A DNA stretch of 32,000 nt from Salinisphaeraceae bacterium (GTDB lineage Bacteria > Pseudomonadota > Gammaproteobacteria > Nevskiales > Salinisphaeraceae). Positions 25,818 through 32,000 of this stretch are shown one piece after another; the stretch's first letter is position 1; each line of letters begins with the position of its first letter. Position numbers and translations under genes: made by a program. Below the pieces are notes generated by a model. That model made no database searches and had not been told where the DNA came from. It worked only from the letters and a program-made list of their open reading frames with translations. The DNA lies in assembly GCA_040222795.1 (NCBI GenBank), contig JAVKCJ010000037.1:18798-50797 (forward strand), given 5' to 3'.

Positions 25818-26222
25818 ATGGAGTTTGCTATGAGCAAGAATTCTGACGCGTATCTGGATGACGACCAACCGCAGAAGGCTGCGGATCTCATGGGGGTCGA
25901 TCTCGATCCCAACTGCCATGACCGCGATCTGAATGAGACGATGACTCGTGGGGAATTTCTTCAGGAGTTCCTCCAGGACCAGTCGAAACAGCGGCTGCTG
26001 GCAATGCTTTACGGCGGAATTCATAACGCGGTAAATCCCAATTTTTCAAGAGCCAGACGCCGTCGCGGCCTGCTCGCCAAGGACCCCCATGCCGTCCTTG
26101 AAGTGATCGCCGATGGCGCCGCCACGCCTGAAAGAAAGCAGGAATTTGCCGTACTGGTCGAGTCGCTACGGGATTTCCTCCTCCGCGTTTATGACGAAAC
26201 CGCTCCCGACAATCCCGGCTAG
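25818..26222 (+). CDS. Hypothetical protein (acidic N-terminus)
   Basis: 134 aa, or 130 aa from ATG 25830, which has GGAG 6 nt upstream. No family recognised. Its stop overlaps the RES gene stop. Confidence 0.5.
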   Translation: MEFAMSKNSDAYLDDDQPQKAADLMGVDLDPNCHDRDLNETMTRGEFLQEFLQDQSKQRLLAMLYGGIHNAVNPNFSRARRRRGLLAKDPHAVLEVIADGAATPERKQEFAVLVESLRDFLLRVYDETAPDNPG

Positions 26223-26704
26223 CGGTTGAACAGCCGCCTGTCCCACCAAACGGGCATCGGCAGGCCCACCTCGATATCCGAGAATTCAGGGTGGTGCGGG
26301 TTGATGATCACGTTCTGCTCGAGCCGGGCGACGAAACACGGAACAAGCAAGATCGCGGATCGTGCCTCGGTTGCCCAGGAAACCGCGAATGCCCGGCTGG
26401 TTGCCTGTCGTCGCGCATCCCAGCCCGGCAACAAGTCTGGGGTGACGCATTCGTAACTCAGGCCGCGGGGCAGGGTGATCTCCACGTAGTGCTGGTTGGG
26501 CGGCATCAGGCCTGACGATGCCGCCAGCTTCTCCAGCATGGCGGCGCTGTACTGTCTGGACGCATAGATCACCGGCGTGTGCTCGTCGTTCCAACGCCCC
26601 GGGAATCGTGTCGATCCGGTGGCATCGAAAATCGGGAACACCCCGCCTGGGTCCCCGATTCGATAGGCCGTGAGTGTTCGGTCCAGCTTCTGGGCTGTGC
26701 TCAC
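26219..26704 (-). CDS. RES-domain toxin (RES/Xre type II TA system)
   Basis: 161 aa. R..E..S signature contexts (TAYRIGD, GRWN, VIYAS..AAMLE, SAILLVP). GTGA overlap with the upstream antitoxin gene. Confidence 0.8.
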   Translation of the reverse strand: MSTAQKLDRTLTAYRIGDPGGVFPIFDATGSTRFPGRWNDEHTPVIYASRQYSAAMLEKLAASSGLMPPNQHYVEITLPRGLSYECVTPDLLPGWDARRQATSRAFAVSWATEARSAILLVPCFVARLEQNVIINPHHPEFSDIEVGLPMPVWWDRRLFNR

Positions 26705-27135
26705 GCAGCCGAGCCGTACTTCAGTCTACCGAGGATATCTTCCACCATGCTTGCGCCGATATCCGTCCCCACGGCCACATCCAACGGGGTTTGGCCGTCA
26801 AGGAACATGTGGGGTCGCTTGAGGAACTCGCGAGCGGTGTGCTGATCCCGGAAAACGTCCTCTGCGGCGGCCAACACTCTCGCCGCTCTCTCGAATTTCT
26901 GGCTTTCAACGCTGTTAAGCCGCCCAGATTTACGACGTCGATCGAGCGTTGTTCCTTTCACGAAGAGCTCGTTGACTTGCCGATCAGCCAGCATCATAGC
27001 GGACTTGACTCGATCCACCACAGAGGTTGGGAACCCCTCCTCAATCCGTTTGATCAGCGCTAGGGGATTATCGAAGTCTCCTTCGTGCATTCCCAGAATG
27101 CTGGCCACGTTATGCGTCTCGGTTTGGATTTCCAT
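26701..27135 (-). CDS. Xre/MbcA/ParS-family antitoxin (DUF2384-type)
   Basis: 144 aa. C-terminal ..AREFLKRPHMFLDGQTPLDVA..G...V.DILGRL pattern typical of RES-partner antitoxins. GGAGG RBS. Confidence 0.75.
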   Translation of the reverse strand: MEIQTETHNVASILGMHEGDFDNPLALIKRIEEGFPTSVVDRVKSAMMLADRQVNELFVKGTTLDRRRKSGRLNSVESQKFERAARVLAAAEDVFRDQHTAREFLKRPHMFLDGQTPLDVAVGTDIGASMVEDILGRLKYGSAA

Positions 27136-27161
27136 CGTTCGTCCTCCGTCATGTGGGGTCC

Positions 27162-27189
27162 ATTATAACCCCAGATGGATGGTGCGCAA
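27162..27189 (-). promoter_or_regulatory. Putative sigma70 promoter of the TA operon with flanking short IR
   Basis: Minus strand: TTGCGC (27189-84), 16-nt spacer, TATAAT (27167-62). GGGGT/ACCCC (27155-59 and 27168-72) brackets the -10. Confidence 0.45.
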
Positions 27190-27513
27190 TGGGCCTGGTC
27201 GTGAATCCGCTCCTTTCTATGGGCACCGAGGCGTTTCCCCGGAGATCCCACAAGGGGTCGAGCACAAGGCGAGGCGTACCGCCGCTTAGTTTAAGCGCGT
27301 ATTCCGACGCTGGTGCATTTCCCCGCCTCGGTCACATCTCAGAATCACTCACGACAAGTGATCGTTATCATTAGTGTAATACCAGCGTTACACGCCTTTT
27401 TTCGGGCTTGCTTCCCGCATAAGAAGCCGTATATTGTGCATACGAAGGGAGTTTACGGGCTATATAAGATAACGCATATAACATCGCTCAGCCCGCAATC
27501 GAGGATGAATCAC

Positions 27514-27819
27514 ATGAAAGGCTGCCGAGATAACAGCTGTGTCATCGAAAAGCCCACCGGGATGGCCACCAATGGTGGCTGTCGATGCCGCCCTTGGCAG
27601 CTGCGAGCCGAGATCGTTCGGCTCCAGTCCGAGAACTCGAAACTCAAGAGCCTCGGGATCGAGCTCGCCCACGACGCGATCGCGGTCGCCGAAGCCACCT
27701 ACGCTGGCCGACAGACCTATCCTTCCTATCAGCGTCGCTATGACCGTGACACCGCCGCAGCCTCCGAGATGCTTGCGATCGCCAGGCCCGCCAGCGACAG
27801 TGACGATGACCCGGCCTAG
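27514..27819 (+). CDS. Hypothetical small protein with N-terminal Cys motif and a coiled-coil segment
   Basis: GAGG lies 9 nt upstream of ATG 27514. MKGCRDNSCVIEKPTGMATNGGCRCRPWQLRAEIVRLQSENSKLK. First gene of a translationally coupled operon. Confidence 0.55.
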   Translation: MKGCRDNSCVIEKPTGMATNGGCRCRPWQLRAEIVRLQSENSKLKSLGIELAHDAIAVAEATYAGRQTYPSYQRRYDRDTAAASEMLAIARPASDSDDDPA

Positions 27820-28519
27820 CCCTCGACCAACGATCAGCCACGCCGATCTGGTCGCCATCGGCGCCGGCTGGGCCAAGCGTGCACGCTCTCGCGGTGGGCC
27901 TGGCTCCGACATCGTCCTGACCGAACCCGGCGCAGGTTTCGGTCAGGAGTCTCCGGACGTGATCGGTTGGAAGTTGACCGGCCCGGATGGCGGCAGCGTC
28001 CTCATCGAAGCCAAGGCCAGTCGTTCCGATTTCCTGGCGGATATCAAGAAAGCCCACCGCGAAGGTGACGGACTGGGGAACTGGCGCTATTACCTCTGCC
28101 CCGATGATCTGATTCAACCGGAGGAATGCCCGGCCGGCTGGGGGCTGCTCTATGCCGGCCCTCGCCGGCGGGTGAGGGTGGTCGCCGGCGCTCATCTCGA
28201 CTCCCATTACAGCCGCCGCATCGAGGCACTTCGCCAATGGCGGTTCAACGCCGATCTCGAGGCAGAGCGCTATCTGCTGGTCGCCTGGCTTCGTCGCGTC
28301 GAGTCGCCAGAGGCCACCAACCGGTTAATCCGACTCGCCCGACAAGATGCCGCCGTCTATGGACGGGCGTACGAAAAAGAACGCAAGACCTGCCAACGTG
28401 TGTCCGATCGATTTCTCCGCCTGCAGCTGGCGATCGAACAGGCTGAGGCCGCCACCCCGGGCATCCGTGATTGCATCAATGACATCCTAGACCGCTATGA
28501 GCGTGGAGACCAACCATGA
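27806..28519 (+). CDS. PD-(D/E)XK nuclease-fold protein, MmcB-like
   Basis: Start ATG 27806 overlaps the upstream gene. The core ESPDVIGWKL..SVLIEAKASRSDFLADIKK..NWRYYLCPDDLI..CPAGWGLLYA fits the D..E.K motif and MmcB/DUF1052 layout. The ORF-track start 27539 is rejected. Confidence 0.55.
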   Translation: MTRPSPRPTISHADLVAIGAGWAKRARSRGGPGSDIVLTEPGAGFGQESPDVIGWKLTGPDGGSVLIEAKASRSDFLADIKKAHREGDGLGNWRYYLCPDDLIQPEECPAGWGLLYAGPRRRVRVVAGAHLDSHYSRRIEALRQWRFNADLEAERYLLVAWLRRVESPEATNRLIRLARQDAAVYGRAYEKERKTCQRVSDRFLRLQLAIEQAEAATPGIRDCINDILDRYERGDQP

Positions 28520-29415
28520 GTGATTCGCCCTCCCAGGATCGAACGGTCCAGCTCAACATTCCCGTCCCTGAGCGTCTCAAAGATCGGTTTGGTGAGATTG
28601 CCGAAAGCCTGGCTGCAGAATCCGGCGAGGACATTTCCCGCGCCGAGGTCTTCACCCGCCTTCTCGATGGCTTTACCGATCGCGCGTCATTCGGGGAGTC
28701 CGTCTCAGCCGAATGGCAAAGCGTATCGGCCCGGGTCGGGTTTCACGTCGCCGGGCTGGAGCGTCTGCTTCGCGAGGCGTATCTCTCGGCCGGTGAGGGC
28801 CGCCTCGAGGCGCAGCAGGAAACCGAACAGGCACGGGCCGCGGCCGATCAAGCCCAGCATCGCGCCGACGAACTCGATGCCGAGCTCAAACAGGCACAGG
28901 CGGATCTCAAGAATGCTGACAAGCAAATGCAGCGCGCCCTCGAGCAGCAGCAGCTTGAACACCAACAGGCTCTCGACAGCCTTGAACGGCAGATGGCCAC
29001 CGCCACGGCCAAGAATGAGCTGGTCGAAGAGCTGCGTGCCCAGCGTGACAATCACCAGAAGGCCCATGACGCCGTCCTGCAGCAGCTCACCGACATGGAA
29101 GAGCGTGTGGAGCAGCTCAAGGCCGAACTCGATGAGCGCGGCTTCAAGCTGGAGCAGGAGCGAGACCGTTATCACCAGGCATCCGCCAGTCTGGCCGAGG
29201 CCCAGGCTCGCGCGGCTTCTGCCACGGACCGTGCCCAGGACGCCCGCCAGGAACTCAGAACGCTGACTGACAAGAACAGTGAGCTGCGTGAACAGCTTGG
29301 CAGCCTCAAGTCGGACATCCGCGCCCGAGACGAGTTGATCAAGGAGCTGCGCAAGCCCAGCGGCCGCGCCGGCTCGAAGTCGGCCAAGTCGAAGCAGGGC
29401 GGTGCCACATCGTGA
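28516..29415 (+). CDS. Ribbon-helix-helix-like N-terminus plus long coiled coil (KfrA-like architecture)
   Basis: ATGA overlap with the upstream gene. N-terminus VQLNIPVPERLKDRFGEIAESL resembles a CopG/Arc beta-strand and helix. About 200 aa of Q/E/A/L/R heptad-like sequence follow, then a basic tail. Confidence 0.5.
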   Translation: MSDSPSQDRTVQLNIPVPERLKDRFGEIAESLAAESGEDISRAEVFTRLLDGFTDRASFGESVSAEWQSVSARVGFHVAGLERLLREAYLSAGEGRLEAQQETEQARAAADQAQHRADELDAELKQAQADLKNADKQMQRALEQQQLEHQQALDSLERQMATATAKNELVEELRAQRDNHQKAHDAVLQQLTDMEERVEQLKAELDERGFKLEQERDRYHQASASLAEAQARAASATDRAQDARQELRTLTDKNSELREQLGSLKSDIRARDELIKELRKPSGRAGSKSAKSKQGGATS

Positions 29416-30566
29416 GTGCCCTGGTGCCGGTTGAAGTCCCGGAAGCGCGGGTGGATTACCTCGTCAAGGAGGTAGGGGGCTTCGACCCGCAGGTCAGGGC
29501 ACGCATCCGCCATACCCTTCGCACTGCCATGTCCGAGAGCCTGACCCGCGGCATGGCCCGGGCCGCTCGCTATCACAAGACCTGGCTGCAGTTGCGGTTC
29601 GGGACTGACGCGGCCGACCGTTTCCCGGCCTGGGAACGAGACCATCTCATCACCTTCATCACCGACCACGCGTATGCGCCGCCGGCAAACATCGACGAGC
29701 TGCTCTGCCAACCTTCGTCGACGAATCAACGCAGCCTGAAGAAGCGCCCGGGCGGCTGGAAATTCGCGACCATCGAGCACCATCTTTCGATGCTCACAAC
29801 CGTGTGCCGTCTACGCGGCATGCCGGCGCCCAATGACGACGCCACGATTCGATACTTCCTCCAGTCCACCCGCAAGGCCATGGCCAAGGATCCCGGCCGG
29901 CGAGAGCGCCTTAGCCAGTCCACGCCGGCGATTACCCGTGACACCCTGTTCGAGCTGGTAACGCTGCTCGAGGCTGAAAGCCATGCGTCTCACCTGACGC
30001 TTTCCCTGCCGGCCAAACGTGATCTGGCCCTGCTGCTCCTCGGCTTTGGGGCAGGGGGGCGCCGTCGATCGGAGATCTCGGCCATACGCTGCGTCGACCT
30101 TGAGGCCGCGGACTATGACGATGAATCAACGCTTGCCCTGACTATCCCCCTGTCCAAAACGGACCAGAAGGGCGAGGGCAAACGCTACCTGCTTCCCCCG
30201 GTTGCCGCCTCGGCGGTCCGCGACTGGCTGTCCACGGCGGATGTCGATGCAGGTCCCGTCTTTCGTCGTATCAGCAAATCCGGTCGCGTGCTTCCCTACG
30301 GACTGACCCCCGATGGCGTCTACTACGTGCTCAAGGCCCGTTTTAAGTCCGTGGGCAAGGATCTGAGCCCCCATTCCTTGCGGGCTGGCTACGTCACTGA
30401 AGCCGGCCGTCAGGGCAGGGACCAGGGGCAAACCATGCGCATGACCGGGCATCGTTCGGTCAGCGCATTCATGGGCTATTTCGACGCCGGCGCGCTGCAG
30501 AAGAACGCATCTGTCGAAGTCCTGGGTGAAGCCCTATCGTCCGCGAAGAAAAAATCCGGCCAGTGA
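29412..30566 (+). CDS. Tyrosine-type site-specific recombinase/integrase
   Basis: GTGA overlap with the upstream gene. Catalytic contexts GGRRRSEISAIRCVDL (R), HSLRAGYVT (HxxR) and GHRSVSAFMGYF (H..Y). Confidence 0.85.
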   Translation: MSALVPVEVPEARVDYLVKEVGGFDPQVRARIRHTLRTAMSESLTRGMARAARYHKTWLQLRFGTDAADRFPAWERDHLITFITDHAYAPPANIDELLCQPSSTNQRSLKKRPGGWKFATIEHHLSMLTTVCRLRGMPAPNDDATIRYFLQSTRKAMAKDPGRRERLSQSTPAITRDTLFELVTLLEAESHASHLTLSLPAKRDLALLLLGFGAGGRRRSEISAIRCVDLEAADYDDESTLALTIPLSKTDQKGEGKRYLLPPVAASAVRDWLSTADVDAGPVFRRISKSGRVLPYGLTPDGVYYVLKARFKSVGKDLSPHSLRAGYVTEAGRQGRDQGQTMRMTGHRSVSAFMGYFDAGALQKNASVEVLGEALSSAKKKSGQ

Positions 30567-30582
30567 AATTGAGGTACCCACC

Positions 30583-31104
30583 ATGAACACGCCCCATCCC
30601 CTCCAGCAGGCCTTCCCCAGTCTTATGCGCGTGCTGGTCGAAAAGTATCAGGCGCTACCTCAGTGGGCCGCCATTGAAACTGGTTACGGCGAACAGGCCG
30701 ACCTTCCCATACTGCTCGACATCCTCAGCAAGCTGCACCACCTCGACGAGGTCAAGGAATTCCAGAACACTTTCGCCGATCGCATCAGCAGCGCCTGGCT
30801 CCAGGTCGAGCAGCAGAAGATTCAGGATGTGGTCGAAGAGGCAGATCACCCAGATCCCATTGAGGCAATTTCGGCAGCCGTGATGGAGCACCTGGCAATG
30901 TGCCCCAAGCCGTGGGCCGCTGTGAAAGACCAGCCCATCTCCTTCCTTGAAAACGAGATCACCACCGTCGTCAACGACCTCTATGGCGATGAATTCCAGG
31001 CCAGCGTGCTCAGCGTATCGCCTCTCGACGAGCACAACCTATCCCCAGTCGACATTACCTTCCGCATCCTTCCGTCCCTGGGCGACCTCCCAGACATTGA
31101 ATAG
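30583..31104 (+). CDS. Hypothetical acidic protein
   Basis: GAGG lies 8 nt upstream of ATG 30583. 173 aa, D/E-rich. No family recognised. Confidence 0.5.
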   Translation: MNTPHPLQQAFPSLMRVLVEKYQALPQWAAIETGYGEQADLPILLDILSKLHHLDEVKEFQNTFADRISSAWLQVEQQKIQDVVEEADHPDPIEAISAAVMEHLAMCPKPWAAVKDQPISFLENEITTVVNDLYGDEFQASVLSVSPLDEHNLSPVDITFRILPSLGDLPDIE

Positions 31105-31198
31105 CTCGGGACTGTTGCGCACACCAGCCAGGTTGGCCACTCTCTGCGCTGCCATCAAGTAGGCCGTCGCAGCACTCATCATTGGATGAAAATCACAC

Positions 31199-32000
31199 AT
31201 GTCCTCCCCAGAATCTGAAGCGGTAACCTGCTTCATCGCTCGCTGGGAGTCCTCCGGCGGCTCTGAACGCGCCAACTATCAGCTGTTTCTGGCCGAGCTG
31301 TGCGACCTGCTCGATCTGGCTCGGCCAGATCCGGCGCAGCCTGACAACCGCGACAACGCCTACGTGTTCGAGCGTAGCGTGCACTTCACCGACGCCGACG
31401 GCCGCCAGACCACCAATTTCATCGACCTTTACCGCCAGGGCTGCTTCGTGTGCGAAACCAAGCAGGGCGTCGACGACCCGGGCGGCTCTGACCTTCTGTC
31501 CAACGCCGACAGAGAGACCGAGCGCACGCACAAGCAGGGACATGGCAAACGCGGCAGTGGTGTCTGGAACACGGCCATGAAAAAGGCACGAGGCCAGGGG
31601 CAGAGGTATATCCGATCATTGCCCGCTAGCGAAGGCCGCCCGCCGTTTCTTCTGGTGGTCGACGTGGGCTATGTCATCGAGGTATACGCCGAGTTCACCC
31701 GTTCTGGTGGCCAATACACACCTTACCCGGACGCTCGGTCCCATCGCATCGATTTGGCCGAATTGCATGACGAGCGTATCCGCGAGCGGCTGCGCGCCAT
31801 CTGGCTTGATCCGCTCTCGCTCGATCCTGCCCGGGTCAGCGCCGCGGTCACCCGGGACCTGGCGGCTCGCCTGGCCAGACTTGCCCGATCTCTTGAGGGC
31901 GGTGGCCGTGAGCCCGACCAGGTGTCCGCCTTTCTGATGCGGTGCCTGTTCACGATGTTTGCCGAAGACGTCGGCCTGTTGCCGGCGAGGGCCTTTACCG
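31199..32000 (+). CDS. 5' part of an MmeI-like type IIL restriction-modification enzyme / class I SAM-dependent DNA methyltransferase (continues beyond the window)
   Basis: My own translation: open frame from ATG 31199 to the window end, 267 codons without a stop, and not in the ORF track. FIARWESSGGSERANYQLFLAELCDLL..NAYVFER..FIDLYRQGCFVCETKQ (D..ExK nuclease motif) ..PPFLLVVDVGYVIEVYAEF..FLMRCLFTMFAEDVGLLP matches the conserved MmeI-family N-terminus. Confidence 0.7.
   Translation, partial: MSSPESEAVTCFIARWESSGGSERANYQLFLAELCDLLDLARPDPAQPDNRDNAYVFERSVHFTDADGRQTTNFIDLYRQGCFVCETKQGVDDPGGSDLLSNADRETERTHKQGHGKRGSGVWNTAMKKARGQGQRYIRSLPASEGRPPFLLVVDVGYVIEVYAEFTRSGGQYTPYPDARSHRIDLAELHDERIRERLRAIWLDPLSLDPARVSAAVTRDLAARLARLARSLEGGGREPDQVSAFLMRCLFTMFAEDVGLLPARAFT

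Noticed and set aside
27539-27805. Long N-terminal extension of the nuclease-like ORF (track start 27539)
   Set aside because: The extension is P/S/R-rich and fully overlaps the better-supported 27514-27819 gene in another frame. ATG 27806 gives a compact coupled start.
31039-31953. Minus-strand ORFs 31039-31275, 31193-31543, 31419-31619 and 31723-31953
   Set aside because: Those from 31193 on are antisense to the strongly supported MmeI-like plus-strand frame. 31039-31275 mostly spans an intergenic region and the tail of the acidic-protein gene and has no support.
1-32000. Search by eye for CRISPR arrays, tRNA/rRNA genes, and reverse transcriptase or other hallmark defence genes
   Set aside because: I saw no regularly spaced direct repeats, no tRNA T-loop or acceptor patterns in intergenic regions, and no rRNA-like segments. 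A tRNAscan, Infernal or CRISPR-finder run would be needed to exclude them formally.

Overview
GC-rich proteobacterial DNA from a conjugative plasmid or ICE. Bases 1-13.6 kb hold a contiguous F-type (MPF-F; R27/Rts1/SXT-like) mating-pair-formation block: traL(3' end)-traE-traK-traB-dsbC-traV-pilin-traC-trbI-like-trhF-(trbC::traW fusion)-traU-traN. Downstream of traN, the position of variable hotspot HS4 in SXT/R391 ICEs, lies cargo. It comprises: (a) a Tus-family (replication terminus-binding) homologue, diverging from a small basic ORF across a 155-bp spacer bracketed by a perfect 15-bp inverted repeat carrying extended -10 boxes; (b) an orphan 2-TM/zinc-ribbon protein; (c) four secreted or lipoprotein genes; (d) a type IVa minor-pilin/PilY1 operon (pilE-fimT-pilV-pilW-pilX-pilY1) with pilW split by an IS3-family element; (e) a RES/Xre toxin-antitoxin pair; (f) a tightly coupled operon (Cys-motif protein, MmcB-like PD-(D/E)XK, RHH/coiled-coil, tyrosine recombinase, acidic protein); (g) the 5' part of an MmeI-like type IIL R-M gene running off the window, absent from the ORF track. 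I saw no rRNA, tRNA or CRISPR array. All identities rest on my own motif, architecture and synteny recognition; no database search was run.
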